Positions 16,380 to 25,180 of a stretch of DNA of 46,637 nt are shown here, piece by piece; the first letter of the stretch is position 1, and each line of letters starts with the position of its first letter. The notes beneath the pieces were generated by a model. That model worked only from the letters and a program-made list of their open reading frames with translations, was not told where the DNA came from and did not search any database. Position numbers and translations under genes: made by a program. The DNA lies in IMG/VR virus record IMGVR_UViG_3300048858_000103, positions 1 to 46,637 of that record, one strand, 5' to 3'. This stretch comes from a virus (Duplodnaviria; Caudoviricetes).

Positions 16380-16798
16380 CCGAATTCGCCCTACGTCATC
16401 CCGCGGACATCACCCGAGTGATCGGCTTCCTGCATGGGACCAGCCTGGACAAGCCAAAGGTGCTGGTCATCAAGGACGAAGACCGCAGCGCCGAACAAAA
16501 CAAGCTGCTGCATGGCCGCATCACCGATATCTCCAAGCAGGTCGAGCACGCCGGCAAGCGATGGGACGTGCTGACGTGGAAGCGCCTGCTGACGGCCGCC
16601 TGGCTTCGCGAGAAGGGCGATCAGCCACAGCTGATACCTGCGATCGACGGGCACGGCTTCGACGTTGTGTACGAGCGCACAAGCAAGCTGAGCGTTAAGC
16701 AGTGCTGCGAGCTGATCACCTGGATTGAGGCCTATGGCGCGGAGAACCAGGTTCGCTGGACGCAGGCCGATCACTGGGGAGGGCGTTATGGCCAATAA
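16376..16798 (+). CDS. ninB: NinB-family recombination protein
   Basis: RSAEQNKLLH, WKRLL, RTSKLSV, ELITWIEAYGAE. Confidence 0.88.
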   Translation: MTEFALRHPADITRVIGFLHGTSLDKPKVLVIKDEDRSAEQNKLLHGRITDISKQVEHAGKRWDVLTWKRLLTAAWLREKGDQPQLIPAIDGHGFDVVYERTSKLSVKQCCELITWIEAYGAENQVRWTQADHWGGRYGQ

Positions 16799-17066
16799 CT
16801 TTAAGCCGGGCGACTTGGCCTTGGTGATCAACCACACCTACCCGCCGGCCATCGGCACGTGCGTGGAGCTGATCAGCCGGCATCTAGTTGGGCCAGTCGA
16901 TCGAAGGGATCCCCTGGACCCTGGAGTCTACGAGCGAGATGGTGGTGAGCCCGTGTGGGTTGTCAGCGAGGACCAAGCCATCGTTTGGGAAAAGTGGCTC
17001 ATGCCCCTGCGAGGCGACTTCGCCCCTGAGCAGCAGAAATCCCGGGAGGCTCAGCCATGCGCGTGA
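16788..17066 (+). CDS. Phage nin-region hypothetical protein
   Basis: MANNFKPGDLAL...LMPLRGD pattern. Confidence 0.7.
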   Translation: MANNFKPGDLALVINHTYPPAIGTCVELISRHLVGPVDRRDPLDPGVYERDGGEPVWVVSEDQAIVWEKWLMPLRGDFAPEQQKSREAQPCA

Positions 17067-17359
17067 TCTCCCAGAAGCTGCGCGACTCAGCCCGCGGCCA
17101 GACCTGCACCCTGCGTCTGGATGGCTGCGGGTATGACGACGGGACGATTGTCCTGGCGCACATTCCCTGCGGCCAGAAGGGCATGGGCATGAAAGGCCCG
17201 GATGTGATCGCGTGCTTCGCCTGTAACCACTGCCATTCCGTCATCGACTCACGTGCCCGCGGCGAATACACCGACGCGGACCTGCTCCGCGCCCTGGCAG
17301 AAACCCAGCTCATTTGGCTCCGACTCGGCCTGCTCAAGGTGCCGGGAGTCGCGGCATGA
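17057..17359 (+). CDS. DUF1364/YbcO-like zinc-binding putative nuclease
   Basis: LRDSARGQTCTLR, VLAH, GMGMK, ACNHCHSVID. Confidence 0.85.
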   Translation: MRVISQKLRDSARGQTCTLRLDGCGYDDGTIVLAHIPCGQKGMGMKGPDVIACFACNHCHSVIDSRARGEYTDADLLRALAETQLIWLRLGLLKVPGVAA

Positions 17360-18486
17360 CCATTTCTTACACGGAGGCTACTGCAATGCTGGATTTGTCC
17401 CGATGGAACCTCACCCTGCCCGCCGGCGCCACGGTCATCCCGACCAATAAGCTGAACGCCGGCTACCAGAGCCCGTACTTCGTTCGCCAGGACGACGGAG
17501 CGATCACGTTCGTTGCGCCATCCAATGGCGCGGACATCAAGTCGACCAAGAACAGCACCTACCCCCGCTCAGAGCTGCGCGAGACGCTGGCCAATGGTGA
17601 CGACAAGGAAGCGAACTGGAAGGCCTCCAGCGCAGAGATGCACAGCCTGGAAGCGGAGCTTTCGGTACAGGAGCTGCCTAAGAGCGGCAAGGCGATCATC
17701 GGCCAGATCCATGGCGAGAGCGATCACCCCCCGCTGAAGATCCAGATCACCGGCGACACCATCTACGCCCAGTTGCGGCGCAAGCTCAACGGTGCTGAGG
17801 ACAAGGTAGCGCTGCTGACCGGCTACAAGCTGGGCCAGTTCATCACCTACCGCTTCGAGGTGACCCAGGACGGCAAGGCCAAATTCTTCATCAACGGCAA
17901 GCAGGTCGTGAACAAGGACCTACCCGCCGACGGCTACCAGTTCGACATGGCGTCGTACAAGAACGACACCTGGTACTTCAAGGCCGGGATCTACAGCCAG
18001 GAAGTGGTGGGCGGCACCGGTACCGGTCGGGCGACGTTCCGTGCGCTCAAGGCGTACCACGGGCCTGCGCAGGTTGTGCAGCCGAGCGAACCGGTCAGCA
18101 CTCCAGCCGCACCAGCGCCCCGCACCCTGGCCACGCTGACCAACGAGGTTGCCCAGCTGGTGGCCAGGTTCAACGCTGGCACCCTGACTGCCCAAGACGC
18201 GTCGAAGTCCATCCAAGACCTGAAGGTCGAAGCCGACAACGCCTTCCCCAAAGGCGCTGAGCGTAGCGCGTTCTACGACCAGGTGACCGCGGCCAAGGCG
18301 GCCGTTAAAGGTTCGGCTCAGCCAGAAGCGCCTGTGACGCCCGCTGAGCCCGCTTCGCCTGCTACCCCTAGCGAAGCCATCAAGGCAGCGCTATCGGCGA
18401 TGGAAGACGCGCTAGACGACCTTCCAGACGCATCGGCTGCCAAGTTGCGCGGGTTGATCAGCGACGTGCGGGGGCTGGTGGCATGA
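17356..18486 (+). CDS. Polysaccharide lyase family 7 (alginate lyase) with C-terminal helical extension
   Basis: All three PL7 motifs: RSELRE, QIH, YFKAGIYSQ; DLSRWNLTLP N-terminus. Confidence 0.88.
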   Translation: MTISYTEATAMLDLSRWNLTLPAGATVIPTNKLNAGYQSPYFVRQDDGAITFVAPSNGADIKSTKNSTYPRSELRETLANGDDKEANWKASSAEMHSLEAELSVQELPKSGKAIIGQIHGESDHPPLKIQITGDTIYAQLRRKLNGAEDKVALLTGYKLGQFITYRFEVTQDGKAKFFINGKQVVNKDLPADGYQFDMASYKNDTWYFKAGIYSQEVVGGTGTGRATFRALKAYHGPAQVVQPSEPVSTPAAPAPRTLATLTNEVAQLVARFNAGTLTAQDASKSIQDLKVEADNAFPKGAERSAFYDQVTAAKAAVKGSAQPEAPVTPAEPASPATPSEAIKAALSAMEDALDDLPDASAAKLRGLISDVRGLVA

Positions 18487-18896
18487 ACAGCAGCCTGAAT
18501 CACGACGACGTGACCAATCCCGCGCATTACGACCTGTTCCCAGGCCAGCAGGCCATCGACGTGATTCAGGCAGCGCTCACCCCGGAGGAATTCCGGGGAT
18601 ATCTCAAGGGCAACGCCCTCAAGTATCGGCTGCGCGCCGGCGAGAAGGGCGACCCGGCCAAGTGCCTGGCCAAGGCCAGCTGGTACAGGGATCGGCTGTG
18701 GTCGCTCGCACGCCCAAGCACGCCTCAGCCGGTCATGGGGTACACCGGCTGCCTGGTCTGCGGTGCCTATACGGACCACGGTGGGCTGCCCTGCCCAAGG
18801 ATGAGGGCTGCGGCATCCAGTGCGGAGGAGTTGCGTATAGACATCGTGGGGGCCAACGGAAACGGTGGCGAGCATTACACGGAGCTTGCCCAGTGA
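18483..18896 (+). CDS. DUF3310-family protein
   Basis: DVTNPAHY, GYLKGNALKYRLRAGEK, LAKASWY. Confidence 0.85.
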   Translation: MNSSLNHDDVTNPAHYDLFPGQQAIDVIQAALTPEEFRGYLKGNALKYRLRAGEKGDPAKCLAKASWYRDRLWSLARPSTPQPVMGYTGCLVCGAYTDHGGLPCPRMRAAASSAEELRIDIVGANGNGGEHYTELAQ

Positions 18897-19249
18897 TCTT
18901 GGAACTTCCATGGCCGCCGGCCGCGTGCAGCCCTAACCAGCGTGTTCATTGGTCGAAGAAGGCCAAGGCCACAAAGCGTTACCGCGCGGACTGCCATCTG
19001 CTCGTCAGGCAGGCCGGGATCACCGCGCCTGTGGGCGAGCTGCTGGTGATGATGGAATTCGTGCCGCCGGATGCCCGGCGCCGCGATCTGGACAATCTGT
19101 TGTCGGCCTGTAAGGGCCTACTCGACGGCATAGCAGATGCGCTGAAGGTAGACGATCGGCATTTCGTCCCTCAGCTGCGCATGAGCAAAGAAACCACGAA
19201 GGGCGGCGCGGTGCGCGTCCGCATCGAAGCATTAGCGGAGGTAGCATGA
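18893..19249 (+). CDS. rusA: RusA-like Holliday junction resolvase
   Basis: LPWPP..SPN, RRDLDNL, KGLLDGIAD, DD motifs; GTG start overlapping upstream stop. Confidence 0.8.
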   Translation: MILELPWPPAACSPNQRVHWSKKAKATKRYRADCHLLVRQAGITAPVGELLVMMEFVPPDARRRDLDNLLSACKGLLDGIADALKVDDRHFVPQLRMSKETTKGGAVRVRIEALAEVA

Positions 19250-19839
19250 TCAACCTTAATTCGGCACGTCTCGCCTGGCACGACAGCCTGTACACCCCAT
19301 GGGATAGCCAGGGCGCGCACGTAGAGCAGATCGGCCTGCTTGGCTGCTCGGTGCAGAAGACCGCCAAGGCAGTGAACAGCCGGCACGCCATGCATCAGTC
19401 AATCTCGGCGCGCATCCAGCATGCGATTGCCACGCTGCCGGCACATCTGCAGGCGTTCGGCAACCACATGTACAGCCCAATCGGCAGCGCAGATGATATG
19501 GACGAAGCTCGGGAGGCCCTGTTTAAGGCCGCATATGCCCTGGGCCCCAAGATGACCGCCCGCAAGTATGAGAAAGCCCAGTACGTCGCCCACGCCGTGC
19601 TGTACCGGTACCGCCGCATGCACCAAGGTGGGCAGAGTGAAGGGGATGACCCGTTGCCGACTGTGGAAAAGATGCGCATCTGGGTTTACCAGATGTATGG
19701 GATCGAACTCGTGGGCGACCAGTGGGCGCGTGACTGGGCTGAATTCGTGGGCATGTGCTTCGACGCCTGCAATGACCTGGACAAAGCCTGCTTGGCACCT
19801 GTTTCCCGGTCACTTTCGGTCATGAAACAGGCCGCTTGA
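19246..19839 (+). CDS. Putative late antiterminator (Q position)
   Basis: Last early-right gene, followed by AT-rich promoter-like DNA and a terminator; assignment is positional. Confidence 0.6.
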   Translation: MINLNSARLAWHDSLYTPWDSQGAHVEQIGLLGCSVQKTAKAVNSRHAMHQSISARIQHAIATLPAHLQAFGNHMYSPIGSADDMDEAREALFKAAYALGPKMTARKYEKAQYVAHAVLYRYRRMHQGGQSEGDDPLPTVEKMRIWVYQMYGIELVGDQWARDWAEFVGMCFDACNDLDKACLAPVSRSLSVMKQAA

Positions 19840-19903
19840 TTTTTTGTCGGCGTTGGAGCATCATTTCGCCATAGTTAATATTTTGCCTTCGGCAAACACA
19901 CCA

Positions 19904-19932
19904 GAACCCGGCCATTGCGAGCCGGGTTTTTT
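19904..19932 (+). terminator. Intrinsic terminator (tR'-like)
   Basis: AACCCGGC-cattgcga-GCCGGGTT followed by a T-tract. Confidence 0.8.
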
Positions 19933-19944
19933 GTACCTGCATTG

Positions 19945-20346
19945 TTACCGGCCAATCTTCTCCAGCGCGGCATCCGCCAGGAAGGAGGACCGGCTTTTGA
20001 TCTTGTGCGCCGCTACGTAGCTGTCAATCTTCTGAATGACGTAGCCAGGCAAGGTCACGTTCACCTTCTCGGTTTTGCCGAGATACGGGGTTACGTCGAT
20101 CTCGATCATGCCCCACCCCATACCGGCAAACTTCGGATTGTCACGGTGGGCTGCAACTGTCGAGGGCAGGGGTATGGCTATCCCAACAGAGGCCAGATCC
20201 TCCAGCATGATATGGGCGACCTCGACGGCAGCCGCATAGGCCTCCTCAAAGGTGTCGCCTGCGGTAATCGCGTTTGGAATGTCGGGTATTTGAATCCCTA
20301 TGGCGGTGTTCTCATCGCCCCATTCAATGCACATTGGGTATCTCAT
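19945..20346 (-). CDS. hicB: HicB antitoxin
   Basis: IPDIPNAITAGDTFEEA N-domain; KVNVTLP...SRSSFLADAA RHH C-domain. Confidence 0.92.
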   Translation of the reverse strand: MRYPMCIEWGDENTAIGIQIPDIPNAITAGDTFEEAYAAAVEVAHIMLEDLASVGIAIPLPSTVAAHRDNPKFAGMGWGMIEIDVTPYLGKTEKVNVTLPGYVIQKIDSYVAAHKIKSRSSFLADAALEKIGR

Positions 20347-20387
20347 TTGTTTCGTCTCCTGCGAAGGTGCGCAAAGGTGTAGCCGGG

Positions 20388-20570
20388 TCATGACAACCCG
20401 GCCGCTTCCCTGATTCCCCTTACCGTTCCCCTTGGCAGATCCTTCTTTGGGTGGGGTACTGCAACGGTGCTGGGTTTGGTCGGATGCTTGTACATGTGGT
20501 GGCTTCCTTTGACGCGATCCAGAAACCACCCATCTGCTTCAAGCTCCTTTATCAACTCTCTGCTTTGCAC
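20388..20570 (-). CDS. hicA: HicA toxin
   Basis: LEADGW, GSHHMYKHP, VPHPKKDLPRGTV. Confidence 0.93.
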   Translation of the reverse strand: MQSRELIKELEADGWFLDRVKGSHHMYKHPTKPSTVAVPHPKKDLPRGTVRGIREAAGLS

Positions 20571-20600
20571 CTCCGTCTCCTGTCGTTGTTGATGGGAGAA

Positions 20601-20654
20601 TTATAACCCTAGGCGTATAAACGCGCAAGCATAAAGGTGTATCTAGGTGTATAA
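20601..20654. promoter_or_regulatory. Putative HicB operator pair
   Basis: Quasi-palindrome TTATAACCCTAGGCGTATAA and related TATCTAGGTGTATAA upstream of hicA. Confidence 0.5.
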
Positions 20655-20696
20655 ATTGTTTGGCCGTTGAGCCAATCCCAGCTTGAGGAAACCCCC

Positions 20697-21005
20697 GTGG
20701 CTTACTACCTTGCGGTGGCCCTCGCCTGGAGCCAATTCGGCTTGCTCGGAATGCTCGGAGGCCTGGCGAGCTACTTCTACCCGCCCTCCACCGAGATGCG
20801 GTTCACCTGGCGGTACTTCATTTCCAAACTGATCCTGGCCTTCTTTGCGGGCAAGGTCGCCGGTGAGTTCATTGCTATCGATAACCAGTTCAAGTCGGGC
20901 TACATCATGTTGCTCGGCTTCTTCGCCTACCCGGTCCTGGGCGTACTCGAAATCAAGGTCAAGGCCTGGGTGGAAAACTTCACCCCGCCCCCTGGAGCGC
21001 GATGA
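20697..21005 (+). CDS. Holin-like multi-TM protein
   Basis: About 3 hydrophobic helices with GMLGG/GFF motifs; first late gene; GAGG RBS before GTG. Confidence 0.6.
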   Translation: MAYYLAVALAWSQFGLLGMLGGLASYFYPPSTEMRFTWRYFISKLILAFFAGKVAGEFIAIDNQFKSGYIMLLGFFAYPVLGVLEIKVKAWVENFTPPPGAR

Positions 21006-21334
21006 TGCTACTGATTTCCCTGGGGGCCTTCCTGGCCTACATGCTCGTAATGCTTCGCTGTATCGCGTTCGCCATCGACACGACGGATCGTCGCCAATCG
21101 GACAATGCAGAGGTGGGGTACATCCTGTTCTCCACACTGCTCCTTCTAACCTCCTACGTTTGCCTGTGGGTCTTCGAGCCATGGAAGCTGACCAGTAACA
21201 GCCCTTACAGCGCCATGTTCGTAGGCTTCACCATCTTCACCGCTGCGTATTTCTTCCGCCGAGTCGGCGCCCTTATCGTGGGACGTGACCGCAGGAGGAC
21301 GGAAGTGCGCCGCGTACGGAGGGCACACGAATGA
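21002..21334 (+). CDS. 3-TM membrane protein with basic C-terminus
   Basis: Three hydrophobic segments; ATGA coupling. Confidence 0.65.
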   Translation: MMLLISLGAFLAYMLVMLRCIAFAIDTTDRRQSDNAEVGYILFSTLLLLTSYVCLWVFEPWKLTSNSPYSAMFVGFTIFTAAYFFRRVGALIVGRDRRRTEVRRVRRAHE

Positions 21335-21582
21335 CAATTGCCAGAGGGATGTTCCGCTGGGTCCTGGCCAGCCTGATCGTGTTCATCGTCGGTAACGGGT
21401 TGGGCTACATCGGCCGGACCTACGAATGCCGCAATGACCGGATACGCATCTACGTCGCAGCGCCTGGGTACGAAGCGCCCCGGGACGAGCTGCCTCGAAA
21501 GCTGTATGCCATGAACGTGACCCGGTGCACGCTGCCCGAGCAGTGGGGTGGTGACCGCGAGCCGCTGGAGGGATACCCGTGA
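21331..21582 (+). CDS. Single-TM/signal-anchor protein with two Cys
   Basis: WVLASLIVFIVGNGLGYIG followed by a soluble segment; ATGA coupling. Confidence 0.6.
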   Translation: MTIARGMFRWVLASLIVFIVGNGLGYIGRTYECRNDRIRIYVAAPGYEAPRDELPRKLYAMNVTRCTLPEQWGGDREPLEGYP

Positions 21583-21764
21583 ACCAAGTTGCCCAGCTGG
21601 ACGACCACCGGCCGCATGTAATGGTCATCGCCAGTGACGGCGTGCATGGCATCCCGCACACCCTGATCGCCGACATCATCGCCGGCCGCAAAGAATCAAC
21701 CGTCCTCACCGAGCCCGTGATACGCCGGGTGCTGGAAGAGTGGCTGAATCACCTGACACCCTGA
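21579..21764 (+). CDS. Phage hypothetical protein
   Basis: GGAGG RBS, GTG start overlapping upstream stop. Confidence 0.65.
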   Translation: MNQVAQLDDHRPHVMVIASDGVHGIPHTLIADIIAGRKESTVLTEPVIRRVLEEWLNHLTP

Positions 21765-21802
21765 CCATTCACTAAGAGGCACCGCAGTCTCAAGGATCTT
21801 CT

Positions 21803-22441
21803 ATGGCGCTGACACCAAAGCAGCAGCGCTTCGTCGACGAATACCTGATAGACCTTAATGCCACGCAGGCCGCGATCCGTGCGGGCTACAGCGCAAAGAC
21901 AGCCCGTTCGATCAGTAATGAGAACCTCACAAAACCTGACATTCAAGCGGCTATCGCAAAAGCGATGAATGCTCGCTCCGGTCGGGTCGAGATTACCCAG
22001 GACATGGTTCTGCGGGAACTGGCCAAGATCGGCTTTAGCGACATCCGAAAGGTTGTGCGATGGGGCGAAACCGAAGTCCGCATGGTTGACGGTGAAGAGG
22101 GCGAGGCAGAGGACATGGTTCCATACCATGGACTGGCGCTGATCGACTCTGCAGAAATCGACGACAGCACAGCGGGCGCCATCGCTGAGGTGTCTCAAGG
22201 GCGCGACGGGCTCAAAGTCAAAATGTATGACAAGCGCGGCGCCTTGGTAGATCTGGGTCGCCATCTGGGCATGTTTGCCGCTCCTGGCCATGCTGACCTT
22301 GACGCCGAGCTAAAGCGCCTGGACATCCAGAAACGCCGAGCGGAAATCAAGCGCCTCGAAGAATCCGACGATGATGTCCCGGTGCCGCAGCGCGTTGAGG
22401 TCGTTGTGGTCGATGCGAGAAAGCCTGATGCCGTCACTTAA
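21803..22441 (+). CDS. terS: Terminase small subunit
   Basis: LTPKQQRFVDEYLIDLNATQAAIRAGYS. Confidence 0.93.
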   Translation: MALTPKQQRFVDEYLIDLNATQAAIRAGYSAKTARSISNENLTKPDIQAAIAKAMNARSGRVEITQDMVLRELAKIGFSDIRKVVRWGETEVRMVDGEEGEAEDMVPYHGLALIDSAEIDDSTAGAIAEVSQGRDGLKVKMYDKRGALVDLGRHLGMFAAPGHADLDAELKRLDIQKRRAEIKRLEESDDDVPVPQRVEVVVVDARKPDAVT

Positions 22442-23729
22442 CGTCCCGCAATCGCGCTTTCTGGTCATGGAACACAAGTTCAAGGCCTTCGTAGCAGGAT
22501 TTGGCTCTGGCAAGACATGGGTTGGATGCTCGGCGTTAAGCAAGCATTTCATGGAATGGCCGCGGGTTAACGCCGGATACTTCGCGCCTACCTACCCTCA
22601 GATCCGCGACATCTTCTATCCGACCATGGATGAAGTGGCCTATGACTGGGGCTTGAAGACAAAGATTAACCAGGCGAACCATGAGGTTCATGTCTACAGC
22701 GGCCGACAATACCGGGGAACGGTAATCTGCCGCTCAATGGAGAAGCCGCAGACGATTGTGGGCTTCAAGATTGGTCACGCACTGGTCGATGAGTTGGACG
22801 TCCTGACCGCGATCAAGGCGCAGCAGGCCTGGCGCAAGATAATTGCCCGGATGCGCTATAACGTCGAAGGTCTGCGCAACGGGGTGGATGTAACGACGAC
22901 CCCCGAGGGGTTCAAGTTCGTCTATCAGCAGTTTCTCAAGCAAGTGCGGGACAAGCCTGCCCTGGCATCCATGTACGGCTTGGTGCAGGCAAGCACGTTC
23001 GATAACGAGCTGAACCTGCCGCCGGATTACATACCATCGCTGATGGAGTCTTACCCCGAGCATCTGATTCGCGCCTACCTGAATGGCCAGTTCGTCAACC
23101 TGACGTCTGGATCGATCTACCACGCCTATGACCGTCAGCTGAATCTATGCCATGACACCGTAAAGCCCGGGGAGCCGCTGTACATCGGCATGGACTTCAA
23201 CGTAGGCAAAATGGCCGCAGTCGTGCACGTCAAGCGCGATCAGGGTCTGCCCAGGGCGGTTGATGAGCTGGTGGATGGCTACGATACGCCTGACATGATC
23301 AAGCGCATCAAGGAGCGCTACTGGCGTTACAACGGCAATACATACGAGAAGACGTGCGAGATCCGTATCTACCCGGATGCCTCAGGCGACTCACGCAAAT
23401 CGGTCAATGCCAGCCTCACGGACATTGCCACGCTAAAGCAGGCCGGGTTCTCGGTTCATGCGCCTGCCGCAAACCCACCGGTCAAGGACCGGATCAACGC
23501 CATGAACGCCATGTTCTGCAACGCTGAAGGCCTACGCCGATACCTGGTTAACCCATTCACCTGTCCGACCTATGCAGACGGCCTGGAGCAGCAGGTGTGG
23601 GCTCCGAACGGTGAGCCGGACAAGACGCAAGGCGTCGACCACGGCAACGATGCGGGCGGCTACTTCATTCACAAGGAATTCCCGATCATCAAGCCGGTGA
23701 CTTCCCTCAAACTCGGATTCGCACGCTGA
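22428..23729 (+). CDS. terL: Terminase large subunit
   Basis: AGFGSGKT Walker A, LVDE Walker B, IGMDFNV nuclease, DHGNDAGGY. Confidence 0.93.
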   Translation: MPSLNVPQSRFLVMEHKFKAFVAGFGSGKTWVGCSALSKHFMEWPRVNAGYFAPTYPQIRDIFYPTMDEVAYDWGLKTKINQANHEVHVYSGRQYRGTVICRSMEKPQTIVGFKIGHALVDELDVLTAIKAQQAWRKIIARMRYNVEGLRNGVDVTTTPEGFKFVYQQFLKQVRDKPALASMYGLVQASTFDNELNLPPDYIPSLMESYPEHLIRAYLNGQFVNLTSGSIYHAYDRQLNLCHDTVKPGEPLYIGMDFNVGKMAAVVHVKRDQGLPRAVDELVDGYDTPDMIKRIKERYWRYNGNTYEKTCEIRIYPDASGDSRKSVNASLTDIATLKQAGFSVHAPAANPPVKDRINAMNAMFCNAEGLRRYLVNPFTCPTYADGLEQQVWAPNGEPDKTQGVDHGNDAGGYFIHKEFPIIKPVTSLKLGFAR

Positions 23730-25180
23730 TGCCAGACGTTAAATTCACCCGCCCGGAATACGACGCGGCCCTGTCGCGCTGGCGGCTGGTGCGCGACGTG
23801 TGCGAAGGGTCTGAAACCATCAAGGGCCGCGGCGATGTCTACCTGCCCAGGCCGAACCCGCATGACAAGGGCGACGAGAACAAGGCTCGCTATGACAGTT
23901 ACCTTCAGCGTGCGGTGTTCTACAACGCTACCGGGCGCACGAAGCGGAGCCTGATCGGCGCCGTGTTCCGCACCTGGCCCACGCTGACCGTGTCTGCGGC
24001 ACTGGACTATGTGAACCAGGACGCGGACGGGCAGGGGATCAGCATCTATCAGCAGTCGCAATCGGTTGTCGGGCACATCCTCGAAGTGGGCCGCCACGGC
24101 TTGCTGGTGGATTACCCGCCGGTTGAGGCTGGCGCCGTGAGCCGCGCCCAGAGCGAGGCATCCGGTATCCGCCCGACCATCTCCAGCTACGTGGCCGAGG
24201 CCATCATCAACTGGAAGACGCGCAAGATCGGCGGAAAGGTGCTGCTGAGCCTGGTGGTGCTGAAGGAGACGGTGGACAAGGATACCGACGACGGCTTCGG
24301 CGTGGAGATCCGCGACCAGTATCGTGTTCTGCGCCTCAATGACGCCGGACAGTACGAACAGGAAGTGTGGACCGATATCGGCGGCAGTTGGGATGCAGTC
24401 GACGCCCGCATGCCGCTGGATGGATCGGGTAAGCCATGGGCCTTCATCCCGTTCACCTTTGTGGGTAGCGAGAACAACGATTCAAGCCTCGACGACGCGC
24501 CGCTGTACGACATGGCCGAGATCAACCTCGGGCATTACCGCAACAGCGCCGACTATGAGGAAGCCAGCTACCTGGTGGGCCAGCCACAGCCGTGGATGTC
24601 CGGCCTTGACGAGATGTGGCGCGATCACCTTGAGGAAACGGGTATCTACCTCGGCTCCCGGGCGCCCTGGCTGCTTCCGGCTGGTGGTGCCTGTGGGCTG
24701 ATGCAGGCTCAGCCCAACAGCCTTGCCAAGGAAGCCATGGATGCCAAGGAAGACCAGATGGTTGCCCTCGGAGCCCGGCTGATCGAGCGAGGCAGCGCGG
24801 CCAAGACGGCCACCCAGGCGGACAACGAGAGCGCGGCAGAGCACAGCATCCTGTCTCTGGCTGTATCCAACGTGAGCGAGGCGTACAACCTCTGCCTGAC
24901 GTGGATGGGCCAGTTCCTCGGTGCCCAAGGCGAGGCTGTCTACAAACTCGCTCAGGACTTCAGCCAGGTCACGCTGGATGCAACGATTCTCACGGCGCTG
25001 TTCAACGCGGTGCAGGGCGGCAAGGTGCCCGAAGCAGACTTCTGGCAGTACCTGCGCGATCGTGGCGTGATCGATCCCGAGAAGACCGACGACGAGATAC
25101 GCGGCGAACTGGAAGCCCAAGGCCCAGCCCTGGAGCTGGATGAGGAAGACGACGATGGCGGCAAACCGGGCGATTCTTGA
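23729..25180 (+). CDS. Portal protein (DUF4055-like)
   Basis: RAVFYNATGRT, PLYDMAEINLGHYRNSADY; position after terL. Confidence 0.85.
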   Translation: MPDVKFTRPEYDAALSRWRLVRDVCEGSETIKGRGDVYLPRPNPHDKGDENKARYDSYLQRAVFYNATGRTKRSLIGAVFRTWPTLTVSAALDYVNQDADGQGISIYQQSQSVVGHILEVGRHGLLVDYPPVEAGAVSRAQSEASGIRPTISSYVAEAIINWKTRKIGGKVLLSLVVLKETVDKDTDDGFGVEIRDQYRVLRLNDAGQYEQEVWTDIGGSWDAVDARMPLDGSGKPWAFIPFTFVGSENNDSSLDDAPLYDMAEINLGHYRNSADYEEASYLVGQPQPWMSGLDEMWRDHLEETGIYLGSRAPWLLPAGGACGLMQAQPNSLAKEAMDAKEDQMVALGARLIERGSAAKTATQADNESAAEHSILSLAVSNVSEAYNLCLTWMGQFLGAQGEAVYKLAQDFSQVTLDATILTALFNAVQGGKVPEADFWQYLRDRGVIDPEKTDDEIRGELEAQGPALELDEEDDDGGKPGDS

